Of a stretch of 64,000 nt of DNA, positions 26,770 through 39,529 are shown piece by piece (position 1 is the first letter of the stretch; each line of letters starts with the position of its first letter). Position numbers and translations under genes: made by a program. Below the pieces are notes generated by a model, which was given only the letters and a program-made list of their open reading frames with translations, made no database searches and was not told the DNA's origin. Source of the DNA: Marsupella aquatica (taxonomy: Eukaryota; Plantae; Marchantiophyta); contig OZ316891.1 in the NCBI GenBank assembly GCA_973895155.1, positions 21,092,169 to 21,156,168 of the forward strand, in the 5' to 3' direction.

Positions 26770-27412
26770 CTGCACTGTCTTGTCACGTCGGTCAATAAGC
26801 AGAATGTAGTCAATGCACTGCGCTGCACGCGACTGGTCACGTGACCCTAGAGGTACCACACATACCGGCAACAGACTATGCATGGTCCGTCAGTCATTTC
26901 AAATGAATGAGAATGACCACAATCGATTACGATCAATCATTTCACATCCACTCAAAACAAATGAGTGGACAATCAGTAACTACTGAGGACAGTAGTGCTA
27001 ATAAGCGCCAGTAAAACGTCCATGAACTGCATTGTCCTGTCACGACCGTCAATAAGTAGGTAGAATGTAGTCAATGCACTGCCCTGCACGCAACTAGTTG
27101 CGTGACCTTAGTCAGAGGGTGTAGGGATAACAGGGTCTACGACGTAGAAGCTAGAAGGCTAGGCCCAAACTCTAGCTCATACTTGGTACTTCATAAGTAA
27201 GATACGATTGCGCGTGAGACAGGAAGATACAATTACGGATCTAAAGGCATCACACATACCGGTAACAGATTATGCATGGTCCGTCAGTCATTTCAAGTGA
27301 ATGAGAACGACTACAATCGATTACGAACAATCATTTCAACTCCACTCAGAAAAAATGAGTGGATAGTACCAATTTACCAATGAGTGGACACCGGACAGTC
27401 AGTAACTACTGA
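26770..27412. repeat. Duplicated segments upstream of the transposase, each carrying the 16-bp palindrome
   Basis: 26774-26850 resembles 27030-27110, and 26858-26985 resembles 27252-27411. Confidence 0.8.
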
Positions 27413-27729
27413 CCCGAGTCATAAGAAATCTCAGTACTTCACTAGCAATCAATATTCCCGGGGCGGTCGCCAAACGTGAAATTAAAGCCATAATTAGAGG
27501 ACAACTGAACTTCCCGCCAATTCTAATATGTGCTAGTCAAACGCGCACTCTTTTCTAGAAACTACTATGTACAATGACTAGTGGAGACTAAACAGTATAA
27601 AGCATTGAGATGATCCCTATTGCTCATCCCCCACACATTCCACTTTCTTGCTACTGGATAATCTATTTGCACATCAGCTCTCTCATTTCCAATTCTTAGT
27701 CTCGGTCCGCATCTCTTGTTTGAAGGGCG

Positions 27730-28272
27730 ATGACTACTCCGCTGAGCTCGAAGAATGAGGATGTTCCGACGGACGATTCAAAAGGTTCGACGTATCAAAT
27801 TTGTGGTACTCCTTACAGAATGTGTCAGCGATGTAATATAATGTTTACGGTGACTAAATCGGGTCAAATGTTTTGTGAGAGATGACATTGTTCACCACAT
27901 TTGTCGATGCAAGATCAGATGGAGACCAATCCGACAGAGATGACTACAAAGATGGCATCAGGGGAGAAGTTAAAGGGCAAAGCCCTCGTGGAATCCGTTT
28001 CGAGGGGGGAGAAGTTGAAGGCCAGAGCATGCGTCGAATCCATTTCGGGGGAAGCAGCAGCAAACGCTAAGACAGTCAAGAAGGAGGCCAAGAAAGTGGA
28101 CGCACCAAAGAAAAGGCAATTAGAGATGAACAAAGATTCTGATTTGTATTACAGAAAGAGCAAGCTGAGAAAATCTATGGACGTTAGGACTTGGGCAAAG
28201 GAAGAATTTCTGGATTCAAGGGAATCCACACCAGACACCGATGAGTGGATGCCTTCATCTTGGAATGACTGA
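27730..28272 (+). CDS. Small lysine-rich hypothetical protein, divergent from the transposase; probably two exons
   Basis: TATAAA at about 27596, ATG 27730 with a donor-like GT at 27785, and a 123-codon open frame 27901-28272 with a CAG acceptor before METNPTE. No family recognised. Confidence 0.4.
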
Positions 28273-28519
28273 CTCGATCGAAGTCAACAATATTTTGAGT
28301 AGTCGAAGATTAGAACTACAGATTCAAGAGTAGTTCATGTTAGAACTTGTTATAGATACTGTGTAGCTTAATTTCGTCCCGTGGAAAATAGTGTTCGAAA
28401 GACCAGGTCAGTTAAATTCCTGGATAGTGCTAGTGGATATGGATTCCACATCCGAAGTCCTTCGAGATCGATGTAACCATTTTTGCAATCAAGGAAAAAA
28501 CGAGATTCCTCTGACTGAC

Positions 28520-31262
28520 AATTTGCTAGGTTGTCGACTACAATAAACAATATCAAAAAGACTTGAGATAAATTGGTTCACGCGATTGTGCGCGTGATGA
28601 ACTACATGTGTAACCAAAAACAGATCATCCTACTAACAAGTTGAGATCAGGCAGATCTGAGAAATAAAGGGCAATTACGTCTAAGAGTGCAGAGCTTTCG
28701 CTGATCTCTAAAACATTAACGCGACCGGGCGCGTGATGAAACAAAGACGTCGGTTTTAAAATAGATTGCTGGCCAATTCGCTAGGCTATTGACTACAATA
28801 AACAATATCAAAAGACACGAGATAAATTGGTTCACGCGACTGTGCGCTGATGAACTACATGTGTAACCAAAAAAACAGGTCATCCTACTAACAAGTTGAG
28901 ATCAGGAAGATCTGAGAAATAAAGGGCGATTACGTCTAAGAGTGCAGAGCTTTTGCTGACCTCTAAAACATTAACGCGACCGGTCGCATGATGAAACGCA
29001 GAACTTGGTTTTAAAATAGATTGCTGGCCAATTCGCTAGGCTGTCGACTACAATAAACAATATCAAAAGACATGAGATAAATTGGTTCACGCGACTGTGC
29101 GCGTGATGAACTACATGTGTAACCAAAAATGTGGTACGGGAGTACCTGCAATTTTTTTTGGAAACTTGTTTATTATTAGCATATCCCAAGATTTACTTAC
29201 ATTTAGATGCCTCCTGACCAACATTTACTTGTTCTGGACACTTATTGAAATATTTGACGTCTCCAGCTTCCTGATGATTCCTTTGCCCCACCGTCACCAA
29301 GACTCTATGAGGATTTCGATCGACGCTGTGAGCAGCGTCAGCCTCCACACTCGACGCTTCTAGCAGCGTCCCTTGGTTTTACTTAAGACGCTTTTAGCAG
29401 CGTCCACTTCTACTCACGATGCTTCTAGCAGCGTCCGCTCGACACTTAGACTTAGTTTTTGAAGTAGATTACTAGTAGAGTAGTATTTTATCACCTTAGA
29501 AGTACTTATGCTGTACTTCTCCCTTATTTAGTTTTAAACTTGGAAAGGCACGACTGTTCTCACCTTCTCCATTTTTGGATTCCAGCACTTATAAGATAGA
29601 GAAGAATACTCATTTGAAGAGAGAGAAATAGACTTAATACTCTATTCAGGATTGAGTCTTCTGAATAGTTTTCTCCTCCTTCCATTGTAACAAGGCATGC
29701 TGTGAGTGTTTTGTATGGAAGTAAAGCTGTATTGATTGAAGTTGAGATTGAATTCAAGAGATTCCTATGGTGATTGAATTCAGTTGCAGACTTCTGATAC
29801 TTTAATTGAATTCACCGCTAGGCTTACTTGTGGAGTCAAGATTCGCTAGCCAATTCAAGAGTAGTTGTTGATAAATGAGAAGTAAATTCTGATTCTCAGA
29901 GTAGTTAGTACCGTTGCTTTGATTCTGGAATATGGTTTAGAGTTTGACTGAATTGCGTATCGCTGACGTCAAACCATGTTGACGGCATTTTAAACCATAT
30001 CATTCATTTGCAACCAGAAAGCTTATAGTTTATCAGATTGAGAATTCCATTATCATTCAACTTGGTGTTTTGAAGTGTGAGATTGATGAATTATGGGACA
30101 GATTTCATGTCTATACTGACCCCAAATCCTTTCTGAAGGAGTGGCAGTAGCAGCGTGTTGTCTCTAAATTTTTACTCATTTCTTCTTTGATTCATAAACC
30201 AGAAGTTCAGTTACTTCTTGGTATGTTTATTTGATTTTCCGTTGAAAAGTGGAGTCAGCTTAGAGCTCAGCGCTCTAAATCACTCTGAGTGATAAAAGTT
30301 ATACAATTCATTCTAAAATCTGTTCTTAAAGGGATCGAAACTTTGGTTTTAAGTGAGAAGAGTCACTTTTGATACTTAGCACTATACGACAAAAAAAACA
30401 GGTCATCCTACTAACAAGTTGAGATCAGGAAGATCTGAGAAATAAAGGGCGATTACGTCTAAGAGTGCAGAGCTTTCGCTGACCTCTAAAACATTAACGC
30501 GACCGGTCGCATGATGAAACGCAGAACTTGGTTTTAAAATAGATTGCTGGCCAATTTGCTAGGCTGTCGACTACAATAAACAATATCAAAAGACACAAGA
30601 TAAATTGGTTCACGCGACTGTGCGCGTGATGAACTACATGTGTAACCAAAAAATAGGTCATCCTACTAACAAGTTGAGATCAGGAAGATCTGAGAAATAA
30701 AGGGCGATTACGTCTAAGAGTGCAGAGCTTTTATTGACCTCTAAAACATTAACGCGACCGTGCGCGTGATGAAACGAAGACGTTGGTTTTAAAATAGATT
30801 GCTGGCCAATTTGCTAGGCTGTCGACTACAATAAACAATATCAAAAGACACGAGATAAATTGGTTCACGCGACTGTGCACGTGACGAACTACATGTGTAA
30901 CCAAAAAATAGGTCATCCTACTAACAAGTTGAGATCAGGAAGATCTGAGAAATAAAGGGCGATTACGTCTAAGAGTGCAGAGCTTTTGCTGACCTCTAAA
31001 ATATTAACGCGACCGTGCGCGTGATGAAACGAAGACGTTGGTTTTAAAATAGATTGCTGGAGAATTCACTAGGCTGTCGACTACAATAAACAATATCAAA
31101 AGACACAAGATAAATTGGTTCACGCGACTGTGCGCGTGATGAACTACATGTGTAACCAAAAAATCAGGTCATCCTACTAACAAGTTGAGATCAGTCTGAT
31201 CTGAAAAATGGACCTCGATTATGTTTTGTTTTGCTAGGCCGTCGACTACAATAAACAATAGC
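28520..31262. repeat. Tandem array of about 255-bp units (about 6 copies), split by a solo LTR
   Basis: CTAGGCTGTCGACTACAATAAACAATATC recurs at about 28526, 28781, 29036, 30559, 30814, 31069 and 31233. Each unit has two ACGCGAC palindrome variants. Confidence 0.93.
29130..30391. mobile_element. Solo LTR (about 1.26 kb)
   Basis: TGTGGTA...TACGACA inverted termini, inserted into the A-tract of a 255-bp unit with AAAAA on both sides; the array resumes in register. Confidence 0.78.
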
Positions 31263-33964
31263 AAAACGTATGGACAACTATACTTGAACGCCATACAATT
31301 TTAGACTAGAGAATTCATTCGGATCCTCTACTAGTACTTCTGATACATTGCTTCTATATTGGACTTGAAACATGGATTGATCAAAATCGGAGTGAGAAAT
31401 TGGATCATAACTTCATTGACTCAATTCATGCATTGAATGCGTGATTTAAGGCAACTACTCTCCTCATTTATTGCGGAATTAATGCTGATTGATCCTTACA
31501 AGTTATTCAGTTGCGTGTGGTCTCAGTAATGTTGGTGGCAACCCTCCGATGTTGGCGGAAACCCTCCTCCCAGCCAAGCCTCTTCCTTCCAGCGTAGCCT
31601 CCTCGTCCCAGCCAACTAAGCCACCTCCTTCAAACTCCAATTTCCTTGAGTATCATGACCGAATCCCACCACCAGAGAATGACAACTTGTTGATCGTATC
31701 AAGATCAAAATCCTCGACCAGACAGTGATTTCAGAATAGCCGCTCTTTGTTGGTCCGCTAGAATGCTTCGATGAATGAGGCAGACTATGGAGGTTCTAAA
31801 TGTTTGTCGTCTCGCTTCGTCGCAACTCTCCCGCTTGATCGGATGTGCTCTCCCCAAGATTGAAGGTGATACAACAAGAACTGCGCCAGCGTTGCTTGAA
31901 TGAGCTCCGCCTCTAACTGGAATAGTCGAATGATCCAATCTGCTCCACCTCAAATGTGCCTTGGATCAGCCTCCGCTGAGAGCCCACCTAGTATCCTGGT
32001 CAAGAGAAACTGAAAATGAAGAATGATCCGTGAGCAATGAGATCAGTCTATTGACTCCATGGAGGATGTGTTCATCTGGACTCGATTTTGATTTTGAAAA
32101 TTGGTTGAGTCTCCAGTCGTGAGAATCATTGTACAGGATTGATTTTGAATATCGGTTCTCCCCGACCGTGAGAATCGTTTTACATTGTTTAGAGTATGGG
32201 TTTGAATTGGCAAGATAGAGAGTGGAGTACGGATCCGGATCCGACGGTCTCCACTACCAAAATGGAATGATTTTGAAGTTCGCCTCCACTACGTGATGGA
32301 ACGATTGTGAGAAAGTTGTCGTTCGTTCACATTTTGGATTTGAATTGGCAGATATAGTGAAGATACGGATCCGGATCTGGATCCGGGGATCCCCACTAAC
32401 AATCTTTTGTAGTTGCATAATTACCGGTTTAAATTTCAAATTGGCGATCAAATAGAAATCTCCTTTAGTACGGCAAATCAAAAGGAATCCGATAATCTTT
32501 TTTTCACGATTGCATAGTTTGTTCAGTCGATGGTGGAGTGTACGGAGATCATCTGGAACCTTCTTGTCGCTAGGCTATTATTAGGGTTATGCTAAAACAA
32601 TACCCTACTTAGTCCTTCCTTAGTGTCGGCGCCCACAGTCTCGAGTTCACTGTTCATTGTTGTTGTTTCTCGCTCCCTAGACTTTCACGCGTCTGCTCTC
32701 GTCGCTCTCGCTCTCGCTCTCGCTCCTGCCCTGGATTTCATTTTTGTCGTTGTAGCTCATTCGTTGTGGTCAGGTGCTTGTCGGCGCGTTGCAGCTCTTA
32801 GTAGTTGTCGATCATTTCGACCAGGAGCTCGTTGGCGTGTTGCAGCTCGCATTTACAACTCGTATTCACTTCTAGTTTGCTAGTTCGTTGCAGCTAGTTT
32901 TTTGGGAGTGCTTGTCTCAGCTCGTGTCAGCCAATTTTAAGCTCATATTAGCTCGATCAACGTGTTTTAGCAGCTCAAACTACTTTTTGGCAACTTGTTT
33001 CAGCTCCTTCCATTCAGCATTCAGGTTTGTTTTACCTCTTTGAATCTTCAGGTTTAGTGCGCTTTTATTCATGCTTAGTTTGCCTATCCACAGCTTTGAT
33101 TGTACTTCTGAAAGAGTCTTTTTAACTTGACATAATGAGTTCCTTAGCAGTAAGCACATGTTATTCAATTGGTGGCAGCGAAGCTCTATGTATAGAAGTA
33201 TAGAAGCTGTGTTGTTGTTGCTTAGCATATTAATATCTTCAATCTTATATTTACTTTCTGGAATGCCGCAGCAAGGTCTTCAAGTGCTTGGACGTCAATC
33301 TCTCAGACGATTACATCAATTTTTCAGAATTCAGGTGCAATTTCTACATTTTCTGCTAGTGTTGATTGTGGTTTGCTAAAATTTCTCTTGATTGTTAAGC
33401 TGAGTTTTCATAATGCGGTTTGTTTGTAAACTCAAATATGTGTGAATCATACAAACTCACTAATTAAAATACAACCTGAATGGTCTTAAGTAAGTCATTA
33501 CAAACTTGCACGCTGTGAATTTAATCATATAAACTCTCATGTTATGTGAATCTCATTACACTGAATCCTTTAATTGACGAATACAACCAGTAGACTGCTA
33601 AATTGAATCATCTTAGCTGGATCATTCTCTAAACTTCTGATATATAATAGTTTCACAATGACAGAGCTCAAACATCTGAATTATTGTAAAGTTCATGAAT
33701 GAATACAAATGAATGAAATCATGCTTACTCAGATTTCCTTGTCCGTACGGGTCAGTAATCACAGTTGTATCACTATATTATCCTATTGTCCAAAAGTTGT
33801 TTGAGCTATTGACGCGACCAGTCGCATGAAAATATTGTGAGATTCCTTTTAGGACCAGTTAACGCAACCAGTCGCATGTGAGAAGGAAACTGGATAGATT
33901 TACTGAGTGCGTACCATATCCAAATCTCCACAGGGAAGGTTCAGTGGATATAGTTGTTTAGGTT

Positions 33965-34262
33965 CCGTTGACGCGACCAGTCGCATCTGAGGTAGCTCTC
34001 TCATTGACTGGTTCTGTTAGAGGAGGTAAGGTTCCTTTTAGGACCAGTTGACGTGACTAGTCGCGTCTGAGGTAGATCTCTCATTGACTGGTTCTGTTAG
34101 AGGAGGTAAGGTTTCATTTAGAAGCAGTTGACGCGACCAGTCGCGTCTGAGGTAGCTCTCATTGATTGGTTCTATTAGAGGAGGTAAGGTTCTTTTAGGA
34201 TCAGTTGACGCGACCAGTCGTGTTTGAGGTAGCTCTCTCATTGACTGGTTCTATTAGAGGAC
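33965..34262. repeat. About 80-bp tandem repeat (about 4 copies), each with the ACGCGAC-NN-GTCGCGT palindrome
   Basis: Palindromes at 33971, 34051, 34131 and 34208; degenerate copies at 33812, 33862 and 34342. Confidence 0.92.
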
Positions 34263-34398
34263 GAAGCAACATTTATGATTTGTCACGTAGTGACCCGAAA
34301 AAATCACTCTCAAAGAATTGTTTATACATTCTGATTTGTAGATGCGACCAGTCGCATGAAAATAATCTCTGGGATATATCATTTGGCTGAAAAGAGTC

Positions 34399-34950
34399 AT
34401 GGGCGAACCTGGTCTGGAGAGCTTCAGATATCTATGCCCAATATTTGACGTTTTGGACAGAAGCCAAGATGGTCTACTGGCGGGATATTCTGTATTTGTT
34501 GAAACACTACTACCTGGACTTCCAGATTTCATTGTCGCGGAATTGATATGGCCTCGGATCAAGGAGACTTTTAATTCCTTGGCTAATGTAGGAAATTTCT
34601 CAATAAAGGAATTGGATGAGTTTGTAGGACTATCTTCGGTGTGTCGCAGATGGTGCCACCTTGTTGGGAATACCTATCTTCTGGGTGTAATCAAGTTGAT
34701 TTTATTAGATTTGGCTTTCCCACGAAATCCTACTAAACCGATCGGAAATGAGTCTCTCTCATCGACAGTTCAAAGTTTCTTCCAGAAATACCCAAGAATT
34801 AAATTCATGGGGTCAATGTCCAAAGATCTTAGGGAACTCTTCACAAAGACTTACGATGCTCTTCACCCTCTTGAAAAATGGAAATTTACAGTCAGATGCC
34901 ACGAAGTTGGATACCTTGAGGGTGACATCTACACTTTTAAGGAATTCTAG
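34399..34950 (+). CDS. F-box-like protein 1 (183 aa)
   Basis: LLPGLPDFIVAELIWPRI...LSSVCRRWCHLV resembles an F-box with an internal insertion; paralogous to the neighbouring ORFs. Confidence 0.65.
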   Translation: MGEPGLESFRYLCPIFDVLDRSQDGLLAGYSVFVETLLPGLPDFIVAELIWPRIKETFNSLANVGNFSIKELDEFVGLSSVCRRWCHLVGNTYLLGVIKLILLDLAFPRNPTKPIGNESLSSTVQSFFQKYPRIKFMGSMSKDLRELFTKTYDALHPLEKWKFTVRCHEVGYLEGDIYTFKEF

Positions 34951-35015
34951 TTAACTTACGTGACCAAGCGCGTTGTATGTCTTCTAACAATGTTTTGTGA
35001 TATGATAAAAGCAGG

Positions 35016-35582
35016 ATGAGCCGACTTTTGAATGAGGCTCGAGATTTCCTTTCATCTCATGAAAGGAAATAGAAAACAATATGGGATACGCTGGATGAAA
35101 CCTCCTCTAGTCTCATTGGAGGAATACCAGATGTTTTGGTCATTTCAAACATTTGGCCAATACTCTACGAACACTTTATTTCAATTGAAAGATTGCGTGG
35201 ATATTGACACCTCGATAATGATTTGGTTATCGATAGGGTCCAAGACCTTATTCGGCTTGGAGCTTGTAGCAAGAAGTGGAACTTTTTAGTTACAAATACA
35301 AGGTTATGGGCTATCCTCAAACAAGCAAACCGGATTGTCGATGTCGCAAATGAAGCTCTTTACGACATACCCAAAACTGATGAGTTGGAATTTGACTTAG
35401 TTTGTCGAGTTATTCGATAGGATATTTCTATGCTTCCAAAAATATATGTTCTTGGGACTACTACTTCTGACAAAATTGCATTGTTTACAAACAAATATAA
35501 CAATTTAGATGAGGAAGAACGAGATGTCCTAATCGAAAGGTTTGGTAGATTTTCTCAGAATCTTGGTGGTCCCAGTTCTTAA
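35016..35582 (+). pseudogene. F-box-like protein 2, with three in-frame stops
   Basis: One frame from ATG 35016 reads SLIGGIPDVLVISNIWPIL...LGACSKKWNFLVTNTRLWAILK...LDEEER. Closest to 40054-40602. Confidence 0.65.
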
Positions 35583-35616
35583 TGGATAGGTTCTTGTTCT
35601 TAATCTTTTCCATATT

Positions 35617-36177
35617 ATGCTGCAGTCCTTTGACATGAATCGAAAATCTCATCGTCAAATGATGATGGAGCGCATTGCACGTGCAAAGGTTATGAACCGA
35701 AACATGATATGGAGTCAAGCTGAAGACCTGATACCCGATCTTCCGGACAATATTGTTGAGAAATATATTTGGCCATTAGTCAAAGAGTTTTCCCACTGTC
35801 TTGGGAATTTGTCGGATACTGCGATTAAAAATTGGGTCATGGACTTGATCGCCATTCGAACAGTCAGTAAGAAGTGGTGCCACATAGTTACTTATAGTAG
35901 TACTTGGGCGACGGTCACCTTGGTAGCTTACGACTTCATTGATAGACCAGGATATGAATCGCTTCGAAGGCATTTGACTTCACGGAGTGTAGCATTAAGA
36001 TTTACAGAATCCATCAGAACTCTCCGGCCGCTGGACATTCTGGGTGGATTTGAAGGATCTGAACTTGACACGTTTAGGAACCTTTGGTTTTGGTTAGATG
36101 AAGATGAGCGAGAAGATTGGGTCACGATAAATGTTCCTAAAATGCAATTCGGCATGACGCGACCATGCGCGTGTTAG
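35617..36177 (+). CDS. F-box-like protein 3 (about 180-186 aa)
   Basis: LIPDLPDNIVEKYIWPLV...IRTVSKKWCHIV...LRPLDILGGFEGSELDTFRNLWFWLDEDER. Confidence 0.68.
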   Translation: MLQSFDMNRKSHRQMMMERIARAKVMNRNMIWSQAEDLIPDLPDNIVEKYIWPLVKEFSHCLGNLSDTAIKNWVMDLIAIRTVSKKWCHIVTYSSTWATVTLVAYDFIDRPGYESLRRHLTSRSVALRFTESIRTLRPLDILGGFEGSELDTFRNLWFWLDEDEREDWVTINVPKMQFGMTRPCAC

Positions 36178-36222
36178 TATTTTATAATAAATGTTTAACT
36201 TTCAATATTTGTCTGTTTCAGA

Positions 36223-38704
36223 ATGGATCCTATCGGAACCTCAAAGCGAAAAAGAGACTCGTCTAAAGCTACTTCTCGTAAGAAAACCAAGACAAAAATG
36301 ACTCCCGCGGAGACATCCATACTTGCATATCGAGGAAAGTCAATCAGAGAGAGAACAACGGAGACAAAGAGTATCCATCTCTTTGAATCGACTGAGATAT
36401 CCGATTTTGGAATAGTCGTTCGCAATGGGGCTGTCCGTCTTGTGGTGGCAAAAAAATGATAAAGCTACAGTTTTGGAGAGATCACAAATTCTTGGGTGTT
36501 TCTTTGAGAAGAACATGAAAGTTAAAGAGTGTACAGAGGGATTGGTTCAGTTTAGGGTTATCAGCGACGACCAGCAGGAGGATAAAATAAGCATTTGTTT
36601 GGATCGAACGCAATATGTAACCTTCAATCAGCCCAGAATCGATGATCTTCCAGGTGCAAGGCACGCCTTGGAAAAGGTTACTAGTGTGGGATATCCTTCC
36701 GATCTAGAGGGATCAACGGGAGATTTGATTTGTCAATACATTATTGACGTACTTGAGTTCTAGAGAGTTCCTTTCAACCAGGGATTTTGCTTCGGAAAGG
36801 CCCCGCCAGTGAGCAAGGTTGAAGTATACTCGGCGGAGAATCTTCCAAAAGTAATTACCTCAGCGAATGTCGGGGCTCTGTTCGATTCTTTCCTCAAAGA
36901 ATATAGTGTTGTGAATATATTTAACAGCAAGTCATTTTTTGTTGAGACATCACGTTGTCATCTTGCACCGGACCACATCAAGTGCCGAGAGTGGAATCAG
37001 GATTACACAAATAGGCTAAAGAATTCACTCCTCTCTCATTCGGCTATAAAGTTCGAGAAGCGATGCTGCTTTTTAGTCCCTGTGAAGTGAGTTCAGTCAG
37101 AGGCCGACAGAGATCCCGACTACAATGGGGCGCTCTACGATTCATCGCCAAAGGAGGAGGACATTATGACCAGTCATTTCTGGATACTCGGAGGCCAACA
37201 CACAATAATGGCGTACAAATTGCTGAGAGAGGACGACAAAGTTAGCCAAGTTGTACGAGACGCTTGCGGTACTGTAGAAGCTGTAATGTTTTGGGCAATG
37301 CTCAACAACGACAACAATGTTCATTTGATGGGATTATCGAAAGCTCTGAACCACTATCATCAAACATCAATGGAAGAAGGACAGTTTCTCACCATTGTAC
37401 GACAGTGTCGTAATATCTGGAACTCATTTGGGTGGCCTGGATCACATTATCGTCATCCAAATTGGAAGGTATATAAATAACCCTCTTCGATCACATTATC
37501 GTTTAAACTTTTGTCACGCGAACGGTCGCGTCAAGCTTAGAATTATCATGTTTCCATTGTTTTTAGGTATTTATGAGAGCTACAAGTTTTGTTTGCCCAT
37601 GGGCTCAAATGGGGAAGAACGAAATGATGAAATTTGGAGAATTGGCTCCGTTTCTCTTTACAATGGAGGACGAAACATTCAAGAAGTGGATGGAGGTCTA
37701 TGAACTATCAAGGACAGGAGAGCTTGTAATTTACAAAGGAATTTTATAGAGGAACGCCGTCAAAATTGCGGATAATTTCCATGTGCTTATCATCTTCTGA
37801 AGAAGATATTTCATTCTTATCAAGGGTGCTCAGACTAGGTTCTTCGAAAGGCAGTGGAATATATGTTGAGCGGAAGACTGTCTATACTCAAAAACCGAAG
37901 CATCAAAGTGAAATCTGGGAAGGCGAGGAAGTCCTCTGAGGCTCCAGTGTTGTCAACGACCAGCATGAGTTTGGAGCAATTCTGTATAAAGAAGAAGACG
38001 AAAGTTGAGTTTGAGATTTTATTATTGAGTAAACTCAACGGGGATACATCCACCCGGACGGAGCTAAAAAGTCTGACAGATTCAGCGCGGAAATTACGGG
38101 TCCAAGGAATGATTGATCGCTTTAATATCAACAAGATGGTGCTGAAGCAGGAGATGCGTTGAGTGGTTATCTGAAGAAGTGCTTAAATATAAATATTAGT
38201 AATGATAATTTGTTGAAAGAGATCGACCCGATATTCTACAGGTTGGTGGAAGGAATACATAAATCAGTTGATAGTCAAGGAAACCAACTAGTGCGGCCGG
38301 TCGGTGAGAGGCTGAAATTGCGATCCCTGCAAGATATACAAAATGCTGGGTTTGCAGACTGTATCATACGTGAAGACAAGAACCTTGCGAGCTTGATTTA
38401 TTTTGATCCCTCATCAATGGGAGATTTGCGTCCGCCAAATTGCTCATTCTATGAGGGGTTATTTCGTGCTACTAGCGAGATAGGGGCAAAACCACACCAT
38501 GTGGTTATTATTGTAGCCTCTCCCGTTGAGTCTTACTTAATCAAACGGGAATTAGGGAAGTACACACACTATGTTGCTGTCGATAGCCATTATATTCAGA
38601 AGCGGTCGAAGGAGAAGAAGCTTATTGTAACCTACGCTTTTCACAGCTTGGCCTTCAAACACAATTTTGGACCGACCGAGAAGTGTGTCGGAGTTCTCGT
38701 TTAG
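36223..38704 (+). pseudogene. Long degenerate gene: ParB/Srx-like domain followed by a degenerate adenine-methyltransferase-like region
   Basis: Contiguous reading through a frameshift (about 36455) and stops. FWILGGQHT at 37178-37204. GT-AG intron 37469-37566. C-terminal ASLIYFDPSS...FYEGLFRATSEIGAKPHHVVIIV resembles MTase motif IV and the following helix/strand. Confidence 0.55.
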
Positions 38705-39529
38705 CCCGATCCCATTTTTTTTCTAAGGCAATGCAATGACCGATAAAACTGGCAAAAACTCTCCGAAACGCCACTTTCCTCCATTGCATCGCCGGGGAAT
38801 GCAGGGAGCGATACGTGCATCGGGTTTTATATTCCGTCAGTGAAAAAGTCCTTACTGCGAGTAACTTGGTCCGAACCGCGTAATCCAGGAACGACCACGC
38901 ACTAACCGAGGTAAAGGGGAAACTTAACCATGGTTAAGGGGAAATTAACCATGGTTTAGAGCGTCTCCATAAAGAGGAGCAGGCTGCCCATAAAACATTT
39001 GCTTTCGCCAGAGCAAATATCTCCTGACTGAGAGCGAATACCAAACTCCCATCGAGTCTTACATTCCTCCCAAGCGATTCGACTCTTTCCTGTTCAAGTT
39101 CTCCATGTAAGACTAACTAGTCATTTAGTGTAAAATGTCCAGATCCGAGCGGATTGCGATAAATTTATCGCATTCTGCATTCCTCTGTTGCAATCATTTG
39201 ATCCAGTGTTTAGAGAGGTGTTGCCTTCATTCCGATAAATTTATCGGAGTCTTCATTCCTTTCATGGAAAGAGGAGTAATTGAGAATCCGATAAATTTAT
39301 CGGAGTTGTCATTTTTGTGAAAGATTGAATTCAGGGCTTAGGTGTCTGAGGAAGTCATATTTTCAATTTGAATGCGGAGTGCAATAAACTTATCGCATCC
39401 TCCTATGAGAATAATTTTCCTTTGTTTTGTTTGGAGACTCATCTTCATCTCTGATGTCGCAATGTTGCCAGGTTTAGAAGGCACAACGGAAGGTCAATTG
39501 CACTCCGTGGACAACAGGTATTGTGACAA

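Noticed and set aside
28520-31262. CRISPR or ncRNA gene array
   Set aside because: Whole 255-bp units repeat with no variable spacers and no recognisable Pol III or snRNA structure.
31490-32010. Decayed minus-strand gene within the cargo region
   Set aside because: Protein-like stretches with several stops but no recognisable motif; cannot be supported without a search.
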